From contig JBMNHG010000011.1 in NCBI GenBank assembly GCA_050950285.1, forward strand, positions 1 through 64,000: 64,000 nucleotides of DNA. Direction: 5' to 3'. Position 1 is the stretch's first letter. Each line of letters begins with the position of its first letter. The notes beneath the pieces are model-generated. The model saw nothing but the letters and a program-made list of their open reading frames with translations. It made no database searches and was not told where the DNA came from. Source of the stretch: Kiritimatiellia bacterium (GTDB taxonomy: Bacteria; Verrucomicrobiota; Kiritimatiellia; RFP12; JBMNHG01). Both the position numbers and the translations under genes were made by a program. Below are positions 41,797-53,900 of the stretch, piece by piece.

Positions 41797-44700
41797 TGCG
41801 CCAGGATCATCACGACGCCGCCGGGGAAGTGGCGTTCGGCGCGAAGGAGGCGGCCTTCGGTGTCGTACTGGACTTTGATCACGCTGCCGCCGCCGCCGGG
41901 GTATTCGCGCAGGCCGCTGTCGGTCCTGGCGGGTGCGCCGAGGATCGCCTCGGCGTCGGCCGTCGTCATGCCTGCGGCGAGATCCTTGAGCGACTGCGGC
42001 GTGGCGACGCCGCCCGCGCCGTCGTCCTTCCCGAAGCGCACGGTGCCGAGCGGCACCTTGTCCTTGGGCGTGTCAAGCCGGACGGCCAGGGTCTGGCGCG
42101 TTTCGTCGGGGCGGCCCCAGTTGGTGAAGATCGTCGCGGTGACCGTCGCCGGCCCCAGCACGGTCTGCTGGTGGGAGGCGAAGTAGTTGCAGAGGACGCT
42201 GTAGTCGCCTGCGGGCGCCTTGGCGATCAGGTATTCCTCGGGGCCGTAGCCGTCGGTGACGTCGCGGGAGACGAGGCCGCCGCGCGTGGTGCGGTTGTGG
42301 CCGTAGAAGGCCTCTTCGCCGCCCGGCTCGACGACGTGCAGGTCGATGTCGGTGTTGTCGGCGTCCCAGGCGATCATGATGCGCAGGTCGGTCTGGAGGG
42401 GCTCGCGGAACTTGGCGTCGAACGCCGGCACGGCCGGCTTGGCGCCGTCCTTCCACTCCGTCGCCTCGATCCAGGAGACGAGCGCGTTCAGCTCTTCGAG
42501 CGCGAAGAGCCCGAGCGTGTCGGCATGGCGCGTCCAGGGGGTGAAGGCGACCTTGACGTAGAGCGCCATCGCCTCTTCGAGCCTGGCGGCGTCGCGCGTG
42601 GCCTTGCCCCATTCGGCGAGCGTGAGGGCGAGGTCGCGGTACGACTGCGGATCCTCGCCGCGCAGCTTGACGACGCGGCGGAACTGCCGGACCGCCAGCT
42701 CGTACTGCTCGGCCTGGCGCAGCCGCCAGGCGAACACGCGCAGCAGGGCGGCGTCTTCGATCTTCAGCTCGGCGAGGTTCGTCAGGATCTTCGTGCCGAG
42801 CGCCGTTTCGCCGCGATTGAAGCAATGGTCGGCGCAGTCGAGGTAGAACGCGGGGCTCTTCCCGAACGTCTCCTTCTGCTTCAAGTAGGCGGCGTACAGG
42901 CCGGCCGCGTCCGCTTTCTTCAGCGCGTCGAGGTACGGCGTCTTCGGATCCCAGGCCTTGATTTCGATCGACGAGACCGCGCCGGCCGGCTTGCCGCCGG
43001 GCGCCGCCTTCGCGGACGGGGCGCCGCCGCCGTAGGCGTGGATTGCCCTGCCAGTACCAGACGGCGCTCTTGCCGCTCTCATGTTCATCTCATCGGCAGG
43101 TTCTTCCTCTATCGCCGCAAGAGCCACGGGCTCCCCCAGATCGGCGTCCGCCATTGCATTGGCAGGCATCCTGGCTTCAGAACGGCGTGACGAGCCGCTC
43201 AAAGAGAAAAGCCGTCGTCTCGGCTCCACCGGCGGGCGCGGCGCGCCGTCTTCCGGCTGCGTTTCGGGCAGGGGCAGTTTGGAGAAGTCGCGCTTGAGCC
43301 AGTCCACGCGCTCCTTCCAGAGCCGTTCGAGCATGGCCAGGTGGCGGGACAGCTTCGATTCGGTTTCGTCGGCGCGGCCTTTGAGCGCGGCGCGCCACCG
43401 TTCGCGCAGCTCGGGCAGCGATTCCGGCGGCTCGATGTCGTGGCGCACCCACTGGTCGAGGCTTTCGAGGACGATGAGGGAGGTCGCCGGGCTCACGACG
43501 CCGTAGGCGCGGCCGAGGGCGAGGAGCTCGTCGGCGAAGTCGTCCGCGCGCGGCGCCAGTTGCGCCACGCGCATCGCGGCCCAGGCCTGGCGCAGCGTGG
43601 CGGCCTCGCGCGCCGACTCGGCGCGGAGGTGGAAGGGTGCGGACTCCGCCCCGTTGCCGAAGTCGATCTTGATCTGCGCCTCGGGCGCGGTCAGCCGGCC
43701 GAGGATCGTCACGCGGCCCGCGGCCGGGCGGCCGACGCCCTGGACGTCGGCGACGCCGGTGCCGACGATGCCGGCGACGCGGGGCGGGGGATTGACGATC
43801 TGCGCGACGGCGTCGGGGATCGTGGTCGTCTGCAAGTCGATGAGCGCGCCGCCGCAGGCCTGGCGGAGGCTTTCGTGGTCGGCCACCATCGACGAGACGA
43901 TGGCGACGGGCTTGGCGCCGGCGAAGGCGAGCGGCTGGTCGGCGAGCGTGTCGAGGCCGTCCGTGAAGAGCAGGCGGCAGGCGGCGGGGTCGGCGTCGTC
44001 GAGCGCGGCGGCGAGCGCGGCGAAGTCCGTGCCGCCGTCGTTGGGGACGTCCTTGAGGTAGGCGACGACCTCGGCGGGCGAGGCGAACGACTGGGCGGGC
44101 TCGGGCGTGTTGCGGAAGACGGTGACGCGGTACTTCGCCGAGGCGGGCAGCGCGTTGACGAGGGCGAAGTCGAGCTTGCGCTCGTCGCTTTCGCGGCTGC
44201 CGGAGGCGTCCCAGAGGATGTCGATGGCGGCGGGGGGCGGCTGGGATTTTTCGGCCGGCTTCGGCGCGAGGGTCGAGGCGTAGAACCAGACGGCGCCGTC
44301 GCGATCCTTCTCGACGCCGGCGAGCTGCGGGGGCAGCTTGGGCAGGGCGACGACGACGTCGCCGGCCGGTTCGACGTCCGTTTCCTCCGCCGAGACGCGC
44401 CAGAAGGACTCGGCCTTTTCGAAGCGCCGGTCGCCGAGGCCGCCGAGCTCGGGCGCGGCGTCGCCGCCGGCGTCGACTTCGATCAGGATGTTGCGCTGGC
44501 CGATCCGCTCGCGCGGCATGGCCAGGCGGAGCGCGGCGTCGCCGTCGGGGCCGATCGCCAGGGGCGTCGTGTAGGAGACGCGCACGGTGCGCGTGCCGTT
44601 GGCGGGCAGGGGGTAGATGCGCGTCTTGTAGAGGTTGCCCTTGACGTGTTCGACGATGCCCGGGTCGATGCGCCGGCGCGCTTCGGTTTCGAAGACGACC

Positions 44701-45011
44701 CGCGCCTTTTCCTTTTTCACGACGACGCCGTCGGTCATGGCGCCGTTGATGTCGATGGCGTAGCCGCTGACGGTGGCGCCGTCGGGCAGCGGGAATTCCA
44801 GCTCGCCTTCGAGGATGCGGCGGTTGGGGTTGCGGAAGGTGAACTCCGAATCGACGGCGGCGTGCAGCCCCTTGACGGCGGCTTTCACCGACAGCCGTTC
44901 CAGGCGGACCGGCGAATCGCCGTCGGCCGTTTTCACCTGCAGGAATCCCTGGGCGGGGGCCGACGCGGCGGCCAGCATGGCGATCGAAGCAATGAGGGAA
45001 TGCCTTTTCAT
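41793..45011 (-). CDS. Secreted VIT domain / vWA-like / TPR / DUF2135 (YfaP-like) protein
   Basis: NPNRRILEGELEFPLPDGATVSGYAIDING (VIT), ILWDASGSR, WDADNTDIDLHVVEP..GYGPEEY (DUF2135). Confidence 0.88.
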   Translation of the reverse strand: MKRHSLIASIAMLAAASAPAQGFLQVKTADGDSPVRLERLSVKAAVKGLHAAVDSEFTFRNPNRRILEGELEFPLPDGATVSGYAIDINGAMTDGVVVKKEKARVVFETEARRRIDPGIVEHVKGNLYKTRIYPLPANGTRTVRVSYTTPLAIGPDGDAALRLAMPRERIGQRNILIEVDAGGDAAPELGGLGDRRFEKAESFWRVSAEETDVEPAGDVVVALPKLPPQLAGVEKDRDGAVWFYASTLAPKPAEKSQPPPAAIDILWDASGSRESDERKLDFALVNALPASAKYRVTVFRNTPEPAQSFASPAEVVAYLKDVPNDGGTDFAALAAALDDADPAACRLLFTDGLDTLADQPLAFAGAKPVAIVSSMVADHESLRQACGGALIDLQTTTIPDAVAQIVNPPPRVAGIVGTGVADVQGVGRPAAGRVTILGRLTAPEAQIKIDFGNGAESAPFHLRAESAREAATLRQAWAAMRVAQLAPRADDFADELLALGRAYGVVSPATSLIVLESLDQWVRHDIEPPESLPELRERWRAALKGRADETESKLSRHLAMLERLWKERVDWLKRDFSKLPLPETQPEDGAPRPPVEPRRRLFSLSGSSRRSEARMPANAMADADLGEPVALAAIEEEPADEMNMRAARAPSGTGRAIHAYGGGAPSAKAAPGGKPAGAVSSIEIKAWDPKTPYLDALKKADAAGLYAAYLKQKETFGKSPAFYLDCADHCFNRGETALGTKILTNLAELKIEDAALLRVFAWRLRQAEQYELAVRQFRRVVKLRGEDPQSYRDLALTLAEWGKATRDAARLEEAMALYVKVAFTPWTRHADTLGLFALEELNALVSWIEATEWKDGAKPAVPAFDAKFREPLQTDLRIMIAWDADNTDIDLHVVEPGGEEAFYGHNRTTRGGLVSRDVTDGYGPEEYLIAKAPAGDYSVLCNYFASHQQTVLGPATVTATIFTNWGRPDETRQTLAVRLDTPKDKVPLGTVRFGKDDGAGGVATPQSLKDLAAGMTTADAEAILGAPARTDSGLREYPGGGGSVIKVQYDTEGRLLRAERHFPGGVVMILAQ

Positions 45012-45399
45012 GGTGGGTCTCCTTCCGGAAACAGATGGATGGACGAGGGGAGGGAAAGGGCAGGACGACTTGGTTTGAATGGTTCCAACAAGCCGGTCTT
45101 TCTTCTGTCGCCGATTATACCGCATTCCAATCTGGAGGTCGGCTCAAAAGGCGGGTGGTTTTTTTTGGGGGGGCAAAAACAGCGGTTGGCGGCTGACAGG
45201 CTTGGATGCCCTGCCTTGGCCATCGCCTCCTGGGACCGCGAGGCTTCCGCCTTGCCCCGCACGGATACAAATCCCGGCGCGCGAGACGACTGCGGCGGGC
45301 TCTTCGTGGATCGCTTCAGAGGGTTCATCCCTCCTGCGGCCTGCGGAGTCCCCTGCGTATGCCCGCATTGCGTGAGCGGTGGGGTTGGAGTCGATGCGC

Positions 45400-47935
45400 T
45401 TATCGGACGATGATCACGGACCCTCCGGGCGCGAGGTAGCGGATGATGACAATGCCCGATCCGCCCGCGCCACCGGGCGAGTGATTGTTGCCGGACATAC
45501 CGCCGGCGCCGCCGCCGCCGCCCGTGCCAGGAAGGCCGACGCGACCGACGAGGTTGCTGTAACATCCGCCACTGCCGCCGCCGCCGAGGCCGCCTGCGGC
45601 GCTCGGAGAGCCCCAATTGCGAGATCCGCCTCCGCCGCCGCCGGCATAATAGGTGGGCGTGCCGGAAATCGCGGACACCAGCCCGTCGCCGCCCGCGCCG
45701 CCGTTTCGGGAGTCCCACGCGACGCTTTCGCCGTCTTCGCCCGCGCCGCCGCCGCCAGCCGCCCGCAATGTCCTGGTAGCTGACGAAAGGCGCACTGCCG
45801 CCATCGTGGCCTTGTCCGGCGGTGCCGCTTCCTGCGGCGCCCGTTGTATTGCTCCAGCGGCTTCCGCCGCCGCCCGAGCCGCCGGAAAGCGCTGGATTCC
45901 CTTGGAAGCCACCCCCGCCGCCCCCTTGGGCCACCCAGAGGCCGAAGGACGAGCTGGCGCCTTTCCCGCCGCAACTTTCGACTCCGCCCGCACCGCCCGC
46001 GCCGACGACGACCGGGGTCGTACCCAGCTTGGCGACGACGGAGTTCGTGACAAAGCCACCGGCTCCGCCACCGCCGCCACCGGTCGCCCCGCCGCCTCCG
46101 CCACCACCGACAACGAGAAATTCGACGTCGCCGCGGTTCGACACCACGAAGTCGCCGCTGTGGGTGAACGTGTGGATGATGTAGCCGTTTTTCCGGCTCA
46201 CCGTTCCGCCGGTCGCGACAACCTGTCCTTTGGGCAGCGCGTAGCGCACGATCACGATGCCGGAGCCACCGGCACCGCCGGGGTAGGGCGTATTGCCGCT
46301 TTGGCCGCCTCCGCCTCCGCCTCCGCCCGTGTTGGGTGTTGCATCGACGCCGGCGAAAGCGCCGCTGCCGCCTTGACCGCCGCCGCCGAGGCCGCCAGCA
46401 CCGCCGCTGTTGGCGCCATCGCGCCTGCCGCCTCCTCCGCCGCCGGCAAAGTGGAAGGTGGAAAAATCGACGCCAAGTCCATACAGGTCCATCTCGTAGC
46501 CGATGCCCCCGTCTCCGCCTTTGTCCGTGGCGTCATTTCCACAGCCGCCGCCTCCGCCGCCGCCACCACCGGCCGTGTAATTTGCCACGGTGCTGTTTCT
46601 GCCGCCGTCGTGGCCTTGCCCGGGAATTCCGGTGCCGCCCAGATGCGCTTCATTGGCAAAGCCTCCTCCTCCTCCGCCCGATCCGCCGTTGCGCCCCCTG
46701 GCGCGGATGTTGCCGCCTGCGCCGCCGCCCGAAGCCTGAATGACGCCAAAGGAAGAGTCTCCCCCGTTTCCGCCATTGGGGTTGCTTGAACTTGGCGTTC
46801 CGCCGCCGCCGACGACGATGGCGTTCGTACCGCCGGCGATGTAGTCGGACAAAAACAGCACGCCGCCGCCACCGCCGCCGCCGCCCGAAGCATCGCCGCC
46901 CGCGCCGCCGCCGCCGACGACGAGGACATCGACCTTGCCGTAGTTCGAGACGACAAACTCTCCGTTGTTCGTAAACGTGTGGATGCGATACCCATTGATT
47001 TCCTCCACGATGCCGCCCGTGGCCTCGACGAAGCCGGTTGGAGGGGGGAGGGGATAGCGAACCAGGACGACGCCCGAGCCACCGGCACCGCCGGGGTAGG
47101 GCGTATTGCCGCTTTGGCCGCCTCCGCCTCCGCCTCCGCCCGTGTTCGGTTCCCCCGAGGCGCCAGGATTGGCGCCACCGCCGCCGTTTCCGCCGCCGCC
47201 GTTTCCGCCAAGTCCGAAAAGCGTTGCGCCATCGCGCTTGCCTCCGCCTCCGCCTCCGCCGAAGTAGAGCACGGGGCCTCCAAAGTCAAGCGCATAGCCT
47301 CCGCCGCCGTTGCCGCCCTTCGTGGTGCCGCTTTCGCCACGGCCGCCGCCGCCGCCACCGCCACCGCCCGTTTGTTGGCCGGCTACGGTGTTGTTTGTTC
47401 CTCCGTCATAGCCCTGGCCGGGAGTTCCGGCGCCGCCTGGATGCGCTTCTCCACCAAAGCCTCCTCCTCCGCCGCCTGATCCGCCGTCGCCCCCCTTGTT
47501 GCGGACGTTGCCGCCCTTGCCGCCGCCAATGGCCGTCCAGGAGCCGAACGTTGAATCCGCTCCATTGGATGATCCAGCCGCCCCGCCGGCACCGACGGTG
47601 ACGGTTGTGCTGCCCGGATCGAGCGTGAGGCTTTTGAAGAGAACGCCGCCGCCGCCGCCACCGCCGCCGGCACCGCCGCCGCCGCCACCGCCGCCGCCCA
47701 CGATCAGAACCTCGACATCGCCGCCGGAGATCATTTCAAACGTGCCGTCGCTTGTGAACGTGTGGACGCGGTAGCCATTGATTTCGCTGACTGTGCCACC
47801 CGTGGCCTGCACCCAGTCCGCCCGGACGGGCAGGGCGCACACCCCGAGAAAGGCCAATGCCCAGAACGCGAGTTTCACCCCGCTGAAACAGTCGATCGAT
47901 CTACCGTTGCCCAACAGTCGTTTCATCGCGTTCAT
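45400..47935 (-). CDS. Secreted protein with three glycine-rich domains (frameshift near 45770)
   Basis: Three units ATGG..NGY.IHTFT..G.F..VLVVGGGG...GGAGGSG.V.VRY; RBS AAGGAGG; ends GSVIIVR*. Confidence 0.85.
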
Positions 47936-48051
47936 CACCGTGCCTCCTTGTGCTTGTGCGGATTGGGGTTGCAACGGCAAATGGCCATGCCAATGCCGAA
48001 TGCAAGCAATACAAGCCAACCACATCCAGCGAAGCGGTGTCAATATCATAT

Positions 48052-48525
48052 TTAGCATTGCGACGCCGCCGCGTCCGGAGGGAACGCGGCGTGTGGCGTG
48101 GCGGCCTGCCCAACGGCGACGTTGACGCGCGTTCCGGGTCGGAGGAGATGCCGCCAAAGCGCGACGGGTGGCGACGGAATCTCGCGCACGGCCTCCTTGA
48201 GCCCGTGCGCGTCGTTCATCCGCATCGAAAGCCGGCCCTCGATGCCAGTCTCGCGGCAACGCGCGAGCCATTCGGAAAATGGATCGACCCCGCGCTCGGC
48301 GAGCAACCGCAAGTTGCGCACGTATTGCGTGTCCGGCGGAAGGTCGCGGAAGCGCTCCCAGACCTCGCTTTCGTAGAGGGTGCGCTGGAGGTTCACGCAG
48401 AAGAGGGGCGATCGGATCGTCCCGGTGCGCGCGTAGGCGTCCACCAGCGCGCGGCATCCCCGCCTGGTCATGTCCTCCGGCGGGTGCTTCGCGTAGAAGT
48501 GCTCGTTGAAACAAATCGTTTTCAT
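48052..48525 (-). pseudogene. Truncated TIM-barrel glycoside hydrolase-like gene (DUF187-like)
   Basis: GVDPF..WLARCRETGIEGRLSMRMNDAH, then the reading loses coherence. Confidence 0.5.
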
Positions 48526-48944
48526 TCCATGGGGTCGAACACACGGACATAGTCCACTTCGAAGGCGTCGGCGTCGGCAAGCGCGGCGAAGGTGGCTTCA
48601 GGGGCGCCGTCCATGCTGGTCTCGACCGCACCATCGCCGCGAAACCCCTTGAGTTCGGTGGAGACGAGCAGGAAGCACTCGGTGCGGGAGACGGCTTCCC
48701 CCGGCTCCCGACCGATCTTGGGGCCTCGCTGGACGCCATCGACGAAGAACGAGCAGCCGTCCTCCGGCACCGCAAACCAAGAGGCACGGCGGCCCCCAAA
48801 ATTCGTCCGATACGACCATGTCGTGGTGTCGAGCGCATCGCCATCGAATTCGTCATGAAAGGCAAGCCGCCATTCACGATCCTCCGGGAGAAGGGACGGT
48901 TCGCGGTCGGGAACGGGAAAGCAGGGAATCGTATTCAGAGGCAA
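48522..48944 (-). pseudogene. GH16-like gene with an internal deletion
   Basis: N-terminal WRLAFHDEFDG..LD..W and C-terminal FEVDYVRVFD are present, the ExDxxE core is absent, and the ORF is only 140 aa. Confidence 0.65.
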
Positions 48945-48985
48945 TTCCTATTTCTGCAAACGGTGTTCAACATGTCAACCATCGA

Positions 48986-50941
48986 TCAGTCCCAGGAATT
49001 CGGGAGAAGGAACGGGGTCGCCGGGAGGCCGGCGGCGTTGTAGAGCGCGGCCGGCGGGTCGGGGACATTCCGGTAGAGGTAGCGCACGGCGCGGACGGGT
49101 GTCGCGGGAGCCGTGAGGCGCACGACGCCGTCGCGGATGGATGCGGCGGCGGGCTGGAATACGCCATCGTCCGAAGCCGTCTCAAAGCCGGGGAGGGGTC
49201 CGTCTCCGCGCTGGACAAGCGGCAGCGTCGCGGGGTCGTAGATGACCGTTGCCCCGTCCGGCGTGGGGTCGAAGCGGATCGGGAGCGGTCCGTCCGCCAC
49301 GAGGTCCGTCCGCCCGTAGGTTTTGACGAGCGCCTGGAGCGCGAGCCGCCGTCCGGCCTCGCGCTTGTCGGCCGGATGGATGTTGCGTTCATCGCCGATG
49401 TCGATCGTGACGGCCATGCCCGTATGCGGTAGCGCGAGCGTGCGGCGCTGTGCCTCGCGCACCTGCGCGAAGCCGTCACCCGTGGCGACATCGGTGCCCG
49501 GCGCGTGCATCGCAAGCTGCACGAAATAGAACGGAAGGTCGGGCTTGCCCCATCCCTCGCGGAGGAGCTCGATGAGGCGCATGTGCGACGCGAGGTAGTC
49601 GGTCGCGCGCGTCCGGTCCGATTCGCCCTGGTAGAAGATCACGCCCTTGACGCCCATGCGGAAGAACGGGTGGATCATGCCGCCCCAGGCGTTTCCGAAC
49701 GTGGGAGGCGGCGTCGGGATCGGAATCGTCCGCTCGTATTGCCATTCGCCCGCGATCGGAAGCGTCATGGCCGGTTCGCCGTCTGCAACGAGCGCGGCGT
49801 CGCGACCGGGGCCGCACCACCAGGAGACGGGCTCCATCGCCGCAAGAAACACATCGAGCACGTTGACGCCCGGACGCGCCACACCGTCCGGGATCGCATA
49901 GTCGTGCGGGAGGACCATGTTCGCCTGCGACCCCGGCACCGGCGCGGCGAAATCGCGGAGTCCGCCAACGCGGACGCCGTTGAGATACGTCCGGTCGGGA
50001 AGCTGGAAGGGGCCGAGCCGGAGCATGAGCGCTTGTTCCGCCAGCTCCTCGGGCAGCGTGAAGGTCCGGCGTAACCGCAGGAGCCCGGAGCAGTCGAGGA
50101 GCTCTTTGCGCTTGTAGTCGGTCGTGATGTCGAGGACGCCGCCTCGCGCGGGATCGGGATCGGTGGCGGCCAACGCGGCGAGCGCCTCGTCGTCGTCGCC
50201 CAGTGCCAGAAGGCGTTCGCGCACGAGCGCCGCCGCGGCGCGCGCGGCGACATTGGAGGCAAGACACGCCAGCGAACGGGCGTCGGCCCCCGGATTCCGT
50301 TGTTGCGGGAGGAAATGCGCGATCGGCGGCCCCGGCCACGCGGCGTTGACGACGCCGACGACGATGTTCGAGCCCAGCGTTTCGCGAAGCGTTCGCGCGA
50401 AGTGGTAGCCGAGCGCGGGAAAGTCGCGTGCCGTGGCGGGAGAGCAGCGGTTCCAGCCCATGACAAAAGGCGGCTCGTCAAGTTCGACGGTGCAGCCGCA
50501 AAGCCCCTGGTCCAAGAAGCGGATGCCGCCATCGGTGGCGGCGGCAATCTCCTTCTCGGGATCGCCCGCGTTGCGGAGCGGCCACCAGGCGTTGGACTGC
50601 CCGGTGAGGAACCACACGTCGCCCACCATGAGATCGTCGAGCACGACGGGGGATTCGCCGTCGCTCTCGATGCGGAGGACGTGCGGGCCTCCCGGAGGCA
50701 TCGCGGGGAGGGCGGCGCGCCAGGAACCGTCGTTGTCGGCTGTGGCCGACGTGACCTCCGCGCCGTTCCAGATGAGCCGGATCCGGGCTCCAGGCGCGGC
50801 TTCGCCGGAGAAACGGATCGGATCGTCCCGCTGCAGCACGGCGTGCGAAGAGAACATCCGGTTGATGCGAAGCGATCCACCTTCCGCGCAAGCGGCGGCA
50901 AGGAGGAGGGCGAGGCAGACGGTGCGGGGGATGTGGAGCAT
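48986..50941 (-). CDS. Secreted sialate O-acetylesterase family protein
   Basis: FSSHAVLQRD, VGDVWFLTGQSN, GVIFYQGES, FYFVQL, NIHPADK..GRRLA, LYNAAGLPATPF. Confidence 0.9.
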   Translation of the reverse strand: MLHIPRTVCLALLLAAACAEGGSLRINRMFSSHAVLQRDDPIRFSGEAAPGARIRLIWNGAEVTSATADNDGSWRAALPAMPPGGPHVLRIESDGESPVVLDDLMVGDVWFLTGQSNAWWPLRNAGDPEKEIAAATDGGIRFLDQGLCGCTVELDEPPFVMGWNRCSPATARDFPALGYHFARTLRETLGSNIVVGVVNAAWPGPPIAHFLPQQRNPGADARSLACLASNVAARAAAALVRERLLALGDDDEALAALAATDPDPARGGVLDITTDYKRKELLDCSGLLRLRRTFTLPEELAEQALMLRLGPFQLPDRTYLNGVRVGGLRDFAAPVPGSQANMVLPHDYAIPDGVARPGVNVLDVFLAAMEPVSWWCGPGRDAALVADGEPAMTLPIAGEWQYERTIPIPTPPPTFGNAWGGMIHPFFRMGVKGVIFYQGESDRTRATDYLASHMRLIELLREGWGKPDLPFYFVQLAMHAPGTDVATGDGFAQVREAQRRTLALPHTGMAVTIDIGDERNIHPADKREAGRRLALQALVKTYGRTDLVADGPLPIRFDPTPDGATVIYDPATLPLVQRGDGPLPGFETASDDGVFQPAAASIRDGVVRLTAPATPVRAVRYLYRNVPDPPAALYNAAGLPATPFLLPNSWD

Positions 50942-50952
50942 GGCCTTCCCCG

Positions 50953-53900
50953 TCAGCGGTAGAGGTCGAACCGGAGGACGGCGAGCCGTTGGGCGGAGGT
51001 TCGGTCGGAGTGTTCTCCCGGGGAGTTGGCACCCAGGTCGATGCGATTCGTTTCGCCGAAGCGGAGGATTCCCGTAATGTCGATGTCGGTGATGTTTCCG
51101 AAGTTGTGGTGGTGCTTGCGGACGAACCGGTTGCCGACGCGCACCCCCTTCGGCACCTCCCGCGCCCCCTCCATGTAGAGCCGCACGCGGACGCCAGAGG
51201 CCCATGCGCGCGGAACTTCAAACTCGATGAAGTCCCGCCCCTCCTCCGCGCTGCGCACATGGCCGCCCGAGAGAAGGTCGATGCTCTCCGTCGGACGGGG
51301 CCGATGGTAGAGATGGATCGAGCCGTTCATCCCCGTGAAGGCATCGCCGTCGGTGAAGTCCACCTCGAGGACGTTGCCGGTCGCCTTGAGGCGCGCCGTC
51401 ACGTCGATGTCGAGATAGCTCGCCGCGGTGGCGGTCGCCAGCGTTTCCCCGTTCAGGCGAATCGTCGCAGGCGTGTTGAAGCAAGGGCCGACCCACGCCC
51501 CGCAGACGAGAAGGATCTCGCCGCCCGCCTCCAGCCATTCCGGGACGGAGAGGTCGAACCTTTTCACGGCCGTCGCTCCACGCCCCGCCGGCCATCCCCA
51601 GAACTGGAAGGCGTCCAAGGGTACGTCCCGCAATCCGCCCGGGGGATGGGACGCGTCGCCCTCCTCCTCCTCCGCCGCCGCGAGGGGGCCGACCTCCCAT
51701 CCGTCCTTCAGATCCTGGGTCGGATCCCTCCATTCGCCCTCGGCGTACATTGAAAAGTCGTGCGACGGCTTCTTGATTTCGTGCCACTGCTCCTGCGATT
51801 CGGCCCACCAGTGGTCGAGCGCGTCGCCGGGGGCGTAGCACTCGGCTTCGACGATCTTCACCTCCTGCATCGGCAGCGGGATCGTCGCCGTCGCGACGCC
51901 GTCCGCGAACGTGAATGCGGGCTCCGTCACGCCGTCGCCGCCGTAGGCGACGAACCGCCGCGGTCGCGCGCCCGTGCGCAAGGCAATCGTCACGTCCATC
52001 CTGGGGTCGTTGCCGGCTTCGGCGTTGTTTGTGGCGTTCGTTTCATTGAAGTTGCAGAGGACGGCCACGAGGTCGAGTCCATTGTGGGAGCGGTAGGGCT
52101 GCGCGAGGACGAGCCGGTCGTCCGTTTCCACGAGCGCGGGCGGATGCCCGGCTGCGGCAAGGAGATCGCGCAGAAAGACGCGCTCCACTTCGTCGGAGGG
52201 GTTCCACATGCCCTTCACGTCCTCGGATCCGCGCCAGAACATCGAGCCGAGATGCACGACCATTCCCTTGCCGACGCGCCGCGCCGTCGCGGCGATTCGG
52301 CCGTCCTCCCACGTCAGGACCGGCTCGGCGCCGTCCGCCACGATCTCCAGCGCGAAGTCGTTTTCGTGCATGCGCCGCGTCGCGCCGTGGATCGTCTGCC
52401 CGGCGAAGGAGGGGAACAGGGTGGAGTTGTCGGGAAAGACCACCTTCGGCACGTAGCCGCGGCGGCAGGCGGGCTCTTTGATTTTCGAGCCGGAGAGGGC
52501 CGCCATCGGCCAGGCGTCGGCCTTGAGCGGCGTTGATTGTCCGGTGAAGGGGTAGGCGACGAAGACGCCGCCGCTCTCGACCCAGGCCTGGATGCGGGCG
52601 ACCGCCGCTTCCGGGATGATTTCGTTGCCGCAGTCGAACAGGACCTTGAAGCCCTCCATCTTGCCGTCCTCGATGCCGTCGTCGTCGAGGTAGAGCGGCG
52701 ACTGCCCGATGGACTGCAGCTCGCCGCGCCCGATGTCGTAGTCCCACGGGCTGCGAACGTCCCGGATCGTTTCGTCGATGGCCGGGAACGGCGTCGGGAA
52801 CGCGTCGCCGGTCAGATCCGTCCGGCGGTAGATGAGGACCTGCGGCTGCTTGAGGTCGATGTCGTAGGTGCCCATGCGGGCGAAGAGGTCCTTGTGTTCA
52901 AGCCACCACGCACGCACCTCGGGGGTGCGGGAGTAGGTCTGTGTCAGGAACACCGGCTTGTGCATGTCGAGGCCGGCGAGGAACACGCGGAGCGCGCTCG
53001 TCCGGGCCTTGGCGACGGTGTCGCAGGGTCCCGCCTGTTCGCTCGTCCCCTGGTAGCCGTAGAGTTTGCCGTAGCGCTTGTACCACGGGAAGAACCAGAC
53101 GCCTTCGCCGGTGAAGTGCGCGAACGCGCCCCAGTCGCGCATGAGGCGGTTTGTGAGGCGCTGCCCGAAGTGCAGAGGCGCCATGAATTCGACGGGGGCG
53201 TCGGGATCGGCCTGGCGCATCGCGTCGAAGACCTGTTCGCAGCGCGCGGCCTTGGTGTCGCGCCGCCACGAATGCCAGAGCGTCCAGAGGCGGCAGCGCG
53301 CCTCGGACATGTTCGGATACACGGCCGGCTTCTCGGTCGAGAGAAAGACGCGGCCGTCCCAGACCGTCCCTTGCAGCACGATGTCGAGCACGTTCGACCC
53401 CTCGGCCAGTTTTTCGGTCACGTCGAGGGCGCACCACGCCCCGACTTCGACCGGCTCGCCTCCGTTGAGCGAAACGGCGTGCCGGAGCGCCCCCATGTTC
53501 ATCGGGAAGAAGTAGAGCCACACGCGGTCGCCGTCTGCGAGGGCGCCACTCCACTCGAAGACGCGGCGGAAGCGGCGCTTGATGTCGCGCTGCCACGCCT
53601 GGCGCCCGTCTCGGTAGCGAGAATCGGCTATTTCGCCTTTCTTGAGGTAGAGCCAGAGGAAGTCCCAGTTGCCGGGGAAGTCGGGAAGATCCACCCATTC
53701 GGTTTCGTCCATCGCCGCCGTCCGCCAGGCGCCGGCGAGGTCGAGGACGAGGCCGGGAAGACCGGCGAAGTGCGCGAATTCCGGCACCGGCACTTCGTCC
53801 CAGAAGGCGAAGGGCCTGTCCGGGCGATTGAACATCGCGGCGGTTTCTTCGAGCGTGACACCCTTGCCGCGCAGATAGTCGTGCCAGGAGTTGGTGGCGA

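Noticed and set aside
41793..41830. VIT protein tail GGVVMILAQ* as a member of the C-terminal motif set
   Set aside because: Lacks the T/S and terminal R pattern and may simply be the last strand of its domain, so it was not counted.
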